Assembly: GCF_964194025.1 (NCBI RefSeq)
Contig: NC_134472.1
Location: 69,316,001 to 69,380,000, forward strand
From: Convolutriloba macropyga
Lineage: Eukaryota
Direction of reading: 5' to 3'
Length of the DNA: 64,000 nucleotides
Position 1 is the stretch's first letter. Each line of letters starts with the position of its first letter. This document shows positions 1-12,300 of the stretch, piece by piece. The translations under genes and the position numbers were made by a program. The notes under the pieces were generated by a model. It had not been told where the DNA came from, made no database searches, and saw only the letters and a list, made by a program, of their open reading frames with translations.

Positions 1-3000
1 TTGGGTATGACATCCGCCAAAACTCTATTGTGCCTTTCAACTTGGCCATTTCCCTGAGGGTGATATGGAGACCTACGTTATTTGTCAATCTTCAGTAAAT
101 TGCATATGTCAAGGATTAACTGAATACCAAAGTTTTTTCCTTGATCTGTGTGCAAAACATCTGGTACTCCAAACTTTAAGACCCACTTCTCAACAATTGC
201 TCGGGCGACATCTTCTGACATCTTCTGTACCCACGAGAGGTGCGCCTACAACGAATTTTGTAAACAAATCAGTTATCACTAGAATATGCTTTGCCTTCGA
301 AGCTTTAGCCATTGTTACTGGTCCCAAAATATCGGCCGCTACCTTATGAAATCGAATCCCAACTTTGAACGGCTGGAGGCCGGCAACACGTTTCCGGCCC
401 GCGGTTGTCCTTGCAGCGCAGGGAAGACACCAAAATAACCGTTTTTCTATATCCAATCTCATTGACGGCCACTAGAACCTTTGTCCGACCCGATTGAGTA
501 ATTTTCGAAAGCAAAATGACCTCCACTAATGGGAGAGTCATGTAGTTGTTCTAATATCTCATTACGGCCACTTGCTGGAACAATCAATTGTAGGACTGGC
601 TCCTCCGAGGAAACACTCTCGTTCTTGAACCACTTACGATATAGTATTGCGTTCTTAATTGACAGTTCATTCCCTCTTCTCCATAGTGCCTTTACCTCTC
701 GCCCGTATTGAGCAGCCTCTTCTTTGGTTATCAGGTTTGTTCCAAAGTTTAGACAGTTTTTGTTTTCATCTACAGTTGCCCAAAAAAGAATGCGGCTGAT
801 CGCTTCATCTTTTTCTTGCATCGACCTCACGTCCGATTCAGCACGAGTCCTTATTGATACAAGTTCTTATTGATACAAGTTCTTTATCATTTTCTAGCAG
901 TTCGTCATCTTCTAGATCCCCCATTTCGTCATACTGACCCTGAACTGTAGGCCGTAGATGATCAGTGGCCTTGGAAATTGCTGTGACTATATCCACAGCC
1001 TCGGGGCAATTTCCGGTCATCTCTTTTCTTTCTGCGGGTTTCCACTCAGGACTCTCCTCTGTGCGTCTTGTGAGTCCGTCTGCGTTTGCATGTTTCGATC
1101 CAGGTCGATGGACTACTTGGAAATTATGCTCCTGTAGGAACCGACACATTCGGAACGTCATTCCTGTTGCATCATCGTCATGGTCTTGCCTGAAGAGCCA
1201 TCGAAGGCTGGCATGATCGGAGTCGAGTGATGAACGGTAGTCCACATATGTAGTTTTTATACCATTTCAATGCCTGTATCACTGCAAGTGCCTCGCGTTT
1301 GGTTGTGGAGTACATCATTTCTGTTTTTGTGGGCACCCTACTTGAGTAAACAATTGGCCGTTCTACTTTGCTGGCATCTGTATCAATGATAAAGGGGCAA
1401 TCAAAATGAGGAAAATGAATCACTGGCGCGGTAGCAAGTTCGACTCGAAGTCTATCAAAAGATAATTGGCAGTCGGAATTCCACTCGAAGCGAGCATCTT
1501 TCTTTGTGAGATCCGTGAGTGGCCTTGCAATCTGTGCAAAATATCTCACAAAGCGTCAATAGTAATTGCAGAAGCCAACGAAAGACCGAATCTGTTTCAC
1601 CGTCTTTGGTACTGGCCAATGCTTTACCGCTGAAATTTTATCAGGGTCAGGTTTCGCTCCACCGTTTCCAATAATATGACTAAGATATACAACTTCTCGT
1701 TTAAATAATTTACAATTCTTGGGCTTCAACTTCAAGTTCAGCGCTCGCAGTGTTTGAAAAATGGTTCGCAAATGTTCCAAGTGATCAGCCTTATTTGTAC
1801 TATAAGCCAGGACGTCGTCTAGGAAGATAAGAATAAATTTGAAGAGGTAGTCTCTAAAAACTTCATTCATCAGTCGTTGGAACGTACCAGGTGCATTTGA
1901 CAATCCAAACGGCATTCGAACGTATTCATAATGACCTCCATCTTGTGTCACGACAGCCGTTTTGTGACAATGCTCCGGGGCTACAGGTATCTGCCAATAT
2001 CCACTTGCCAAGTCCATTGACGAAAACACTCAGGACTCTCCTCTGTGCGTCTTGTGAGTCCGTCTGCGTTTGCATGTTTCGATCCAGGTCGATGGACTAC
2101 TTGGAAATTATGCTCCTGTAGGAACTGACACATTCGGAACGTCATTCCTGTTGCATCATCGTCATCGTCTTGCCTGAAGAGCCATCGAAGGCTGGCATGA
2201 TCGGAGTCGAGTGATGAACGATAGTCCACATATGTAGTTTTTATACCATTTCAATGCCTGTATCACTGCAAGTGCCTCGCGTTTGGTTGTGGAGTACATC
2301 ATTTCTGTTTTTGTGGGCACCCTACTTGAGTAAACAATTGGCCGTTCTACTTTGCTGGCATCTGTATCAATGATAAAGGGGCAACCAAAATGAGGAAAAT
2401 GAATCACTGGCGCGGTAGCAAGTTCGACTCGAAGTCTATCAAATGATAATTGGCAGTCGGAATTCCACTCGAAGCGAGCATCTTTCTTTGTGAGATCCGT
2501 GAGTGGCCTTGCAATCAGTGCAAAATATCTCACAAAGCGTCAATAGTAATTGCAGAAGCCAACGAAAGACCGAATCTGTTTCACCGTCTTTGGTACTGGC
2601 CAATGCTTTACCGCTGAAATTTTATCAGGGTCAGGTTTCGCTCCACCGTTTCCAATAATATGACTAAGATATACAACTTCTCGTTTAAATAATTTACAAT
2701 TCTTGGGCTTCAACTTCAAGTTCAGCGCTCGCAGTGTTTGAAAACAGGTTCGCAAATGTTCCAAGTGATCAGCCTTATTTGTACTATAAGCCAGGACGTC
2801 GTCTAGGAAGATGAGAATAAATTTGAAGAGGTAGTCTCTAAAAACTTCATTCATCAGTCGTTGGAACGTACCAGGTGCATTTGACAATCCAAACGGCATT
2901 CGAACGTGTTCATAATGACCTCCATCTTGTGTCACGACAGCCGTTTTGTGACAATGCTCCGGGGCTACAGGTATCTGCCAATATCCACTTGCCAAGTCCA

Positions 3001-4000
3001 TTGACGAAAACACTTTTGCTTACTTCAGTGCATCGAACGACTGGTCGATCTTAGGAATTGGGAAGGCATCCTTGATTGTTACGTCATTCAATTTTCTGTT
3101 GTCAATACAAACCCGCACATTTCCGTCCTTCTTCTTTACAAGAACTACTGGGAAACTATAAGGACTTTGGGACGGCCGAATGATCACCTGGTCCAACATT
3201 GCATTAACTTCTTCCCTGATAATCTCTACTTTAGGTAAGCGTGCTCTTCTGAGAGGAATTTTTATCGGAGGGCTGTCACCAGTCTCAATCCTGTGTTCCA
3301 CAACATTGGTGCAGCCTAACTCGTCGTTAGTCAAGGCAAAAACATCTCGGAACTCTTGCACTAAGGCTCTTAAATCATTCAAATCATTGCCTGTCACACC
3401 AGGTGCCGATAATTCAAGAATTTTTTGGACGTCGTCCTCAAGTTGAGACGTCGGTTTCAAATTATTCTGTAAGTGAAAATCAAGATGTGTTTCAGCAGTC
3501 TTGGCAATGCGATCAAATCGATTGGGGTCAATTGTTGAGCCATTAGAAACTTCTGTAGCATGCACAGTCATTTGACGGTCATGGGGAACTGCCTCAATAA
3601 AAGTTGCCAACATTTTTGGCCCTTCAATTCGTATTGGCACTGTTGATTCCTCTTTCTGACCTGTCCAAAGCTGATCAGTATCGAAATCGATAATGCAACG
3701 GTGCCCCTTTAAAGTCTCAAGACCCAGAATCATGTGGTTGTCGAGATCATGCATGACTATAGCTTCAATATCAGTGTCGATTTCACCCAAACGTAAATGC
3801 AATTTGGCTCTGCCGATAACGTCAACTTGTTTACCGTCTGCTGTCTCCAGTCTACCAGTATACTTTTTCATTTTAACCGGAATGTCCAAAGAAAACAAGG
3901 TATCGTAACTGATTATGTTCGTGTTTGCTCACGTATCGATAAAGAAGGCTAGCTTCGTGTCAGTCAACTCGCCCGAAACTAGAATGCTGTATGTTCTATT
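1..4000 (-). pseudogene. Gypsy pol (PR-RT-RH-[RT-RH duplicate]-INT), disrupted
   Basis: Stop in the protease active site (DT*), stop at 3020-3022, RNase H deletion (DASK|VERPI) and frameshifts. Confidence 0.9.
1043..3010. repeat. Near-identical 984-bp tandem duplication of RT-RNaseH
   Basis: ORFs 1556-2029 vs 2540-3013 and 1178-1549 vs 2162-2533 are each offset by 984 bp. CACT microhomology at the junction (~2027). Confidence 0.95.
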
Positions 4001-4197
4001 TCCTTGCTCAGGCAACTCACGCATTTGGTCTGTTATGGATGTCTTTGTAACTAGGGGCTAGTCCAACTGATGATACATCCTTAACTGATTGGACTGCGCT
4101 CCATCGTTATTGGTGGCAACCGCTGTTTGGGGTTTATTTTTGTATTCGGCCGGGATAAAACCTTCCCTCCGAAATTCCCCGTTGGGCCCGGCTCTTT

Positions 4198-5296
4198 CTA
4201 GTTTAAAGGACTATTGGCAAGTAGCGGACACTCTCTCTTGAAGTGATCCGAACTTCCACAATGGAAAGAGCCTGTACCATCCTGTGGTTGTTGTTGGCCA
4301 CGGTTGTATTGTCCCTGCGGTCGAGAAGCTGACGCAAATCCATGTCCGTATCGACTATCTGGAGGGTACGGAATGAACAATTGCTTTCCAGTGTTCTGAG
4401 GTGCATGCTACTGGTGGTCCCGGTACGACAGACGAGACGAACTTACTCATCATCGAAGATATATTTGACATAAATTATTCCTGACTGTCAGCAAGTTTGT
4501 CAATTTTTGTCCCAAGTGCACCATTGGTCAGAGGCATTTGCACAATTGGGGTGCCTTGAACACATCTTGTTGCTTGTGAAGGCAAAGGTTGAGCTACCAC
4601 CGGAGGAAACGAAGTTGCCTCTGCCATAGTCCTTATTGCCGATATTCTTTTCCGCTATCGAAATCGTGAAACTTTTGTAATGGCTTCAAGACTCAGCACT
4701 CTGTTTTCAGCTTCGCGAATGTCTGTGGATCCTCTCGAAGAAGCAATTCATAAATATCGGAGTCGAAGAACCCATCAATAAATTGTTCTCTGTTCATGTC
4801 ATCTCGGGACAAAGCGTTCATGTGTGTATGTGCGATATCACCCAATGCCCTTATTCTTCTTGAAAACTCACGCATTTCCTCTTTGTCACCTTGCATGAGT
4901 GCCTTGAACTCAGCTCTGGCCGTAAGTTGATCTCTGTAAGGCGACATTCTTGGGACCAAGTACCCAAAAACCCTCGCTGGTGTTGGCGGCGAATTCCTTC
5001 CCACTTTTCTCGTAAATCTAGCAGGCATGGCGGTGAACTCGTCAAGCGCCCACGATGTTAAACAAGTTGGAAGGGCCCGAATCGCTTTGATTTCGTCCCA
5101 ACCGTTGGTGTCAGCTAGCCACAGAAAGTGCTGCTTCCACTGGATCCACGTCGAGTGTTTTGTCGAAGGGTATCGATCCGGCCTCAGCGTGCCCGGTCCA
5201 AAAACCCTCGGCCATTGTCTGGAGCATCGCCATCCGCGGCTTCGTCAACTCTGTCCAATGCGAGAGGATCGTTAGGTAGATTGTCTCCGTTTTCAC
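4198..5296 (-). pseudogene. Gypsy gag, frameshifted
   Basis: ORF fragments 5111-5296, 4693-5028 (QGDKEEMREFSRRIRALG...REQFIDG) and 4198-4380 (zinc knuckle). Confidence 0.85.
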
Positions 5297-5362
5297 TCAT
5301 GTCGGAAAACTTCACCACTTAGTGGATAAGAAAATAATCTTACAGAAAATTACAAGGAGCGA

Positions 5363-5381
5363 TGCCCACCCACGAGCGCCA
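5363..5381 (-). promoter_or_regulatory. Primer-binding site (PBS) of the Gypsy element
   Basis: Minus strand reads ...CGACA-G-TGGCGCTCGTGGGTGGGCA; TGG is complementary to the tRNA CCA end. The primer tRNA was not identified. Confidence 0.7.
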
Positions 5382-5382
5382 C

Positions 5383-6152
5383 TGTCGTCTTCTGAATTTC
5401 TAACTAGGCTAACAATGAGGGGGATTTGTTGCCCCAGAAGATCGATCGTACTTCATTATTACCAACACCGAAGGTTTAAAAGAAAATGATGAAGCAAGCG
5501 CTACCTTGTCTCTTTTCTGAGTTTTTCCCCTCGTCCAGAAAGTCGTTCGGCCGCTCAAAAAGGCCAATTTCCGGTTTTCGGCACTCGGGTCGTCCCGAAG
5601 CACCGACTTCAGGTCGCACCCGGAAGTTTAAAAAGGCACCATTAGAAAGCCCTTGAAAAGTTACACTAACAATCCAAAAATCATAAGGCTACTACCAATA
5701 ATCCACGAGCAATTTAAATTTTACGTCCCGCAGCCTCGGCGTGCGCTAGTTTCGTGCGGGTTGGTCTGGGGTCAAATTTGACTTCGAAATCGGATTCCTC
5801 TTACCCAAATTAGTCTATCCCACAGTTGTCAGGTCAATCCGACTTCAACTTTTTGAGAAATTGCTATTTCAATTCAAGTGTTAACTAATTTCCGCTAAAT
5901 CTTTATTTTCATATTAAAAATCATAATTATGCTTCCTAGACTCGTCCCAAGATCACTCACTACATTAATTCACACGTAAACCCAGTTTCGCCTGGTTAAT
6001 ACAGTTATCTCCTACTTAAATGTCCATATTTCCACGTAACAAACCGAAAACCTTCAAATCACCCTACTTCCGGTGTTAATAGCTCAGGGTTGGGTTGTGG
6101 GATTGGCCCAAAAGGTGTATCAGCCTGAGAGGATCATTGGGTGTACCCGACA
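5383..6152 (-). repeat. 5' LTR of the Gypsy element (~770 bp)
   Basis: Termini TGTCG (5383) and CGACA (6152) are inverted repeats of each other. The LTR lies 1 nt from a PBS-like TGGCG sequence and upstream of gag. The partner LTR is outside the window. Confidence 0.75.
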
Positions 6153-6339
6153 TTAAAATTTCATAAGCGTCCTCTTAATATAACTCCCACATTTGCAGGG
6201 CACCAAGTTCTGCTACCCCCTTATCTTTGTCACTTCAAAATAGCACATTTGTTTACTTAAAGCACACAGAACGTGATCAACTTAATTTATTTCGCCCTTA
6301 GTTACTTTCATTTGAGCCTTCTTTTATTTTCTAGATTGA

Positions 6340-7298
6340 ATGGACAGCAGAAAATATTTTGAAGTTGTGCACTTTTTGCAATCAGGTCTTTTCTCTCGAA
6401 AAAGCACTAAAATTACCAGACTCATTGCGACGCCAGAGCAGGAAATGTTTAACAAAAGATAGTCGGCTTTATCTCCTTGTTTCCAATTTGGAGGTTCTAC
6501 ACAAGGGAAGGGAAATGCTCGATTTAAATTATTAGAGCTGCACCGAGAAAGTGGACATCCCGCAGGAAGAAATTTGGAGAAAATTGCAAAAAATATATAT
6601 TCCGCACTTGATATTAGAGAGTTGTGCGCTGCAATATCACGAAAATGTTCAATTTGTAACGACAAAGTGCTTTATAAATACCGCAAAGGTCCAATGAATC
6701 TTGTGTCAAAAAATGTGCTCGATCGGATATGTCGTGAAACTGGCCTAATAAAATACAGAAGACACTGCTACGAGTTATTTGTAAGGTAAGTCCAGTATTT
6801 TGAATAAAAACCGTAACAAAACACGTTTTCTGTAACTCTGATTACTTGCAGCCAGTAAGATTTTGATACTGCATTTTATGATCCAGTTACATTAGATACT
6901 GCTCATCCGAAATACAATTGTGTCAGCGCATGTTTATCTACTATTATCACTGGTAATCGTTCACAAGCTGGTGAAATAGAGAAAATTTTTATAAAACTAC
7001 GCAATGGGCCCAATAAGCATCTGTACACGTTACCTGGTAAATTGGTTTTGTCTAGAGGGCTGGGGACATTGAATTTATTACCACAACAGACTTACGACTC
7101 TTTGCTCGGCAATATCGGATTAATATTTTTGTGTATTATGACCCTGGCGATGGCGAGCAACCTTTTTATCTGGATCTAAATGGTACAAGAAACGGCATAC
7201 GTTATGGGGGAATATTCTTGAATTTTCAAATTGTGGAAGGGGTGCCTCATTGCCTCAATGTGTGGCGCTGCAAACAGAAAGAAATTCTCAAAAGTTAA
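6340..7298 (+). pseudogene. Degenerate ORF: Ginger/GIN-like N-terminus with HHCC zinc finger plus OTU-like cysteine protease domain
   Basis: Manual translation across frameshifts: MDSRKYFEVVHFLQSG..LRRQSRK..LYLL..LLELHRESGHPAGRNLEKIAKNIYSALDIRELCAAISRKCSIC..., NCVSACLSTIITG..., DLRLFARQYRINIFVY..IFLNF..PHCLNV. Putative 66-nt intron at 6786-6851. Confidence 0.55.
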
Positions 7299-8504
7299 AT
7301 TTTTCATTTGTATAACTACATTTCATAAACCTCACTGTCCTTTAAATCTCATTTTTTTTATACTTTTCTCTTTCTCAATCATACGGCGGAAGGCCTCTTT
7401 CATCTTGGGGTCTTCAGTTCCCCCTGTAACAACCTCTTTTGTTGTTCTTGCCGCCATTCTTTTAGTGTTTTTCATTGATAGCTTCTTTTTCTTTTTTGGC
7501 TTCAGCCCCACGTCAACCAAAACTTGTTTCCCCGAGGCTGGTGGCTCAAATAGCGAGGCCGGTGTTGAAGGTGGGGATTAATTTTGCTGTCGGGAGATCC
7601 TCTGGTCCTGTCCTGATCTCGGTTAGGCGACAATTTTAACTTTTTTATAATTCTCCTTGTATTCTTCGTCCTTGCTGTTTTAATTTGTTGATCTTTAGCC
7701 TATTACAATACTTCAATTCAATGACCTTTATTTCCGTTATTCACATTCACCGTCGCCTACTTAACTCATCAATCTAATTTGACAGCTTTTCACTATTCAA
7801 ACGCAAACGATGCGTATTTGGTTTATCCGGTTTGGAACTATGCTAACATTTGCTTTGATAAGACTTCGTGGGTCCATTTGTTTAATTTCAAAAAAGAGGT
7901 TAAATTTGTGCAACTTAGCTGCGGTGTAATTATCTTGAATAGAAAGTCCTAATTACGCGCTTTCTAAAGAGCCTACATACACACACTTTCTCCGCTTATA
8001 ACTAACTATACTCAATGTCATGTTCGCTACAAAAAAGATAGAGTTTTTTGCGTTCTGGACTAGATAAAATGTTGTTGCAATCTATATGATTTGATCAATT
8101 TGTATTTTGTAAAGAAAATAGTGCGTTCAGTTTTCATAATAATTTCAAAAGTCTTGACGATTCAAATTGCGTGTCAGTAATTAGAGATAATTCACAATTT
8201 TAACTCCTTGAAACTGAAAAGCAGAAGATAAAAATTGGTTTCCATTTGCAAAAATTTACCAAAAATTTTTTGTAAAAATTTTGAAAATATGGTTGTTGAT
8301 TTAGCAATTAAAAGTGAGGTCTTTTCCATTAGCCCCGGCAGCCTAGTGATCAAACAATATATGGCACTTCACCCCCAATTACCGTAAATATACCATACTG
8401 GGGGGATGTAAAGGGTAAGACACAAAAAGTTAAAATAGATAGATCCTGAAAAAAGATATGCACGTAATAAGCCGGGAAGGAGGTGAGGTCATGAAATGTC
8501 CCAA

Positions 8505-8933
8505 CCCGGGTCGAGGTTTGGGTTTGAAATTTCGAAAAAAATGTGGTGAAATGCGGTGAATAAAAATAATTTTCACCGTGTATTTCAGTTTCAGTAATCG
8601 TTGGAAAGCAAATGCGGTGAATTTTTGTAAGAAATGCGGTGAATTTTGCGGTGATATTTTGTAGGAAATGCGGTGAATTTTTGTAAGAAATGCGGTGAAA
8701 TGTGGTAAATTTTTTTCACCGCATTCACCGCATTTCTTACATTAACTTGCCACAAAAATCGGCGGTGATTTTTTGTAAGAACCAAAGGCTGTAAATATCG
8801 CGGTGAAATTTCATAAGAAATGCAATGATATGCGGTGAAATGTTTTTTTCACCGCAATCACCGCATTTCTTACCAAAATTCACCGCATTCACCTCATTTC
8901 TTACAAAATTTCACCCAAAAACCTCGACCCGGG
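8505..8933. mobile_element. MITE with CCCGGGTCGAGGTTT terminal inverted repeats (CMC/EnSpm-like ends)
   Basis: 15-bp perfect TIRs, AA on both sides (possible 2-bp TSD), and many internal AAATGCGGTGAA / TTCACCGCATT repeats in both orientations. Confidence 0.85.
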
Positions 8934-8948
8934 AAACGGAGTACTTAC

Positions 8949-9196
8949 GACAAGAATATATGGATCGTGATGATATTTCCATGGGTTCCAAAGTATATCA
9001 GGATAGCCAAAAGGATCCCTATAGAGTCGTGGATCCATCCAGGCATTGGAGCATAGAAGACCTCTCTCCAGTCTTCCGTTTCCTCCTCCCCAGTGGTGAT
9101 CACAGTTCCAGATGAACTCACGCTTGATGTCATCCCTGGCCATTCGGTAGACAGACTGAACTCTGACATAGATTCGTTCAAGGTCACGGCGGCCAT
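8949..9196 (-). CDS. First coding exon of a class A (rhodopsin-like) GPCR, possibly an opsin
   Basis: AAAATGG start context; N-glycosylation site NES; S/T-rich ectodomain; TM1 WIHDSIGILLAILIYFGTHGNIITIHIF with the GN motif; followed by a strong donor TC|GTAAGT. Confidence 0.7.
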
Positions 9197-9244
9197 TTTG
9201 TACACCCTAGTCGAGATCAGAAGGATACTTTGCAAACAAAATTT

Positions 9245-9327
9245 ATCTTGCAAGATCTTGCAATAGAGGATCTTGCAATAGAAGATCTTGCAATAAAGGA
9301 TCTTGCAATAAAGGATCTTGCGATAAA
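9245..9327. repeat. ~15-bp tandem repeat (GATCTTGCAATA(A/G)AG, about 5 copies) just upstream of the GPCR start codon
   Basis: Seen directly in the sequence. Confidence 0.85.
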
Positions 9328-12300
9328 CTTTGTATCGATTGGCGCAGTTACTTAAGTCAGTGATAATTAATCGATATCTGTACCCAAAATAAATAAAGTT
9401 TAAATTTTTAAATTAAATAAATTTATAATCAGTTCTTGACTCAAAATAGTAGTCGGATAAAGAAACGAGCTGTTCGAATTGATAATGGTCAGCAGCCTAG
9501 ATTAATGTTTTCAAAGTTATTGGAAAAACCTTCTCCGGATTTTTCAATATCCAAAGTGACAAAATCAAATAATTAATTTCCATTTTTTATTATTATTATT
9601 AGAAATCAAATTGAATATAAAAGGAAGTTTTTAGTATCATAATTATTAAATTTTCATTTTTCACGGCTCTTGAGATCAATCAGATGACAATGGTTTTGTT
9701 TCTCATGGTTGTTTACAAACAATTGTTTTTTGTATATTTATTTAGTTTGCTGAATAAGACATTGACTCGATTTGATTTAATTATTCGGCTTTTTATTATA
9801 TTCAACTTGGTCTCAATGAGGTAGTTCCTTGAAAAATTTTTGAAATTTACATTAATTTTTTAAATAGCAAGTCCTCTAAACAGGAGTGCATCTCGTGTGA
9901 ACAGAATTAAGGACAAAAAAATCAGGAAATAATGAGTTTTCTTAGAAATTACAAATCACTTCCTTTGAAGAGAGTAAATTTCTCCAGAAATCAGTTTGAA
10001 GCTAAACATAGATGTGAGAATTAACTGTGTTCTCGCTCAATTATTAACGCGTTAGTGAGGAGACAAAGAAGATAAATGCCCTTGCATTTGCGTCGGTAAT
10101 TTGTCCGTTGACGTTTTTACAGAGAAAAAAATGCGCGTAAATTTGTTTTTGTTACAAAAGATTAAAGTTAACCAGCGACTGTAATTTAGCCATTAATTTT
10201 TTTTTGCTTTGTCAAGTTGAAAAATTTTCAATTAGATATGGTGATGTTCTAGCTAAGGCAGTAATTCTGCAGCCGCACGTATTAAATGGACATAAGCATC
10301 CAAATAAATATGAAAACTTAAAAATATAGATTTGCTAAATGAAAAACAATTGAGTAAAAACTGAAGACTGAAGTAAAACAGAACAGACAGAAATCAGAAA
10401 CAGCGGATAGATATACTCATCGCAAACTAATAATTCAAAGTGAAGTCAATCGTATGTAAAGTCGAAATGCAACATCAATGGGCCGTCTCAGAAACTCTTT
10501 AGGTACTCCTTGCCGAATTGTTTGTTGTTTAGTTTCTTCTGAGTGACCAAAATTTTCATAAACAAGCTGATCTTTGTAATAAAATTTGATACCAAAATTC
10601 TGAGGCCAAGGAAAAGATTTTGAAGCTATCTGTGCTTTTTTGGCAGTTTCTTGCCAAGTTAGTGTGCATCACAGGCAATTCATGTACAAGAAATATCGTT
10701 AAACCAATAGTCGAGCCGGAAAAGAAAAATTGAAATAATAATACAGCTGCAATTTGTTATTCTAATTCAGGCTGATTCCGTGAAGAATTTTCAACATTAC
10801 GGTAATTAAATTTTCAGATAACATATGTTGTTTAAGCAAGAATAGAACCGACATGAACTCTGTTTAAAAATTCTTTCTTATGATAAATAAGAGCAAAAAG
10901 ATGTCAGAGCCCTATGTTTGGTAATGAATAAAAAATTCATCATTTTAGAAAGGTTTAGCATCTCATTTAGATACGTTTTGTCGAGTCAATAAACGGGGTC
11001 ATAGAAGTTTTAAGCGTAATCATATTTGACTAACCAAAACAACTTTTAAAAAATTTGTCGCGATGTCTTACCAAAATTTTATGAAAAAACCAAAATCGTA
11101 CTTAAAAGGAATAATTATTCTACTATGAAAATGCAACAGCAAGAACTTTCGGAAGAGCACATGATAACTTTGGTCACTGGGAACAAGTTGAAATTCTGAA
11201 TTGTAATATGAATAACATATTCAAAACAAAGCACTAAACGCATGCCAAGTCAACTAAAAATTTAAAAAAGCTGATTTCAAGTTTTTATGCTCTCATGTAT
11301 GTTTTTAGTGATATATTTTTTCAGTAAAATGGAGAATAACGCACGTTTGTTTTTCAAGATTTACACATCGAAAAATTTCTCCACATAATATGAGGACAAA
11401 ATTTGTTAAAACTAGTGGAATAGAAAAATAACGATGGTTCTCGGCAGTCCCACTTTCAAATTTTTTTTTGAAAAATTTTGAAAATTGTTGAGATGTAGGT
11501 TTTCTAAAATCTAAAACGCAATGAAGCACGCTCATTGAATCAATTTTGTCTCAAACATTTTCCTGGATTATCAAAAAATTTGCTTTGTTGTAGTACAGAT
11601 GTACAATAATAAAGTGGGCGAGTTCTTTTATTTTTGACAATTTTTAAAAAATTGATCTTCAAAAACAGCAAACCTGAAGCGACAGTTTTTATAAAACTGT
11701 AAAGATTTTGTAAAACTATAAAAGAAAATTGTATTATTTTTCTTGATATTGAATGACGATTTTTTAAACGGGTCTGAGTAATTCTTTAAAGCGTTCAACT
11801 CCCCCAGACCAATGTATTACCTTTTTAAAGATTTTCAGTTTCTGCTGGAAATTTTGAAAATTTCTGGGAAACATGCTACAAAGCTAAAAAGTAAAAAAAT
11901 CTTTTTCAATTGTTTCTATGCTTTTCTAAAATTGATAGCGACATCTTATTGCAAAAAGTTTTCTTTCAAAAACGTATCATAAATTAGATTAAAAATTTAA
12001 ACAAATTTTAAGGAAACCGATCTAGATTTATTCGGTTTCTTCTTACAATTTCTTCTCTTGAATTAACAATTTGACTATTAAAAGGGGGTTATAATTAGTT
12101 CCAATTATTTCAGTAAAATTAGTTTCAATTTCCCAACAAGATTTTTTGTTGTTATTTGGGCAACACAAGAAATAATGCTTTTGCTTTAATTTATCTAACT
12201 CTATCACTACTTTGCTCACAGACTAAATTTGCTCCAATCAGATAGAAATCCTCAAATTAAATTTCAATTTTATTCAAAAGAAAATTTCCAATTTAAAAAA

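Larger units (their letters stand above)
1..6152 (-). mobile_element. Ty3/Gypsy LTR retrotransposon, defective; 3' part runs off the left edge of the window
   Basis: Minus-strand domain order is gag (CCHC-like knuckle HCGSSDHFKREC), protease (FFIDT*ANT), RT (DLASGYWQ, MPFGL, FLDD), RNase H (DTDAS, EALA, DH), integrase (HHCC: LHDSPISGGHF...CLPC; core ADILGP, TDLFTKF). Many stops and frameshifts. Confidence 0.95.

Noticed and set aside
8540-8900. AAATGCGGTGAA repeats, superficially CRISPR-like
   Set aside because: No unique spacers, both orientations present, enclosed by MITE TIRs, and the context is eukaryotic.
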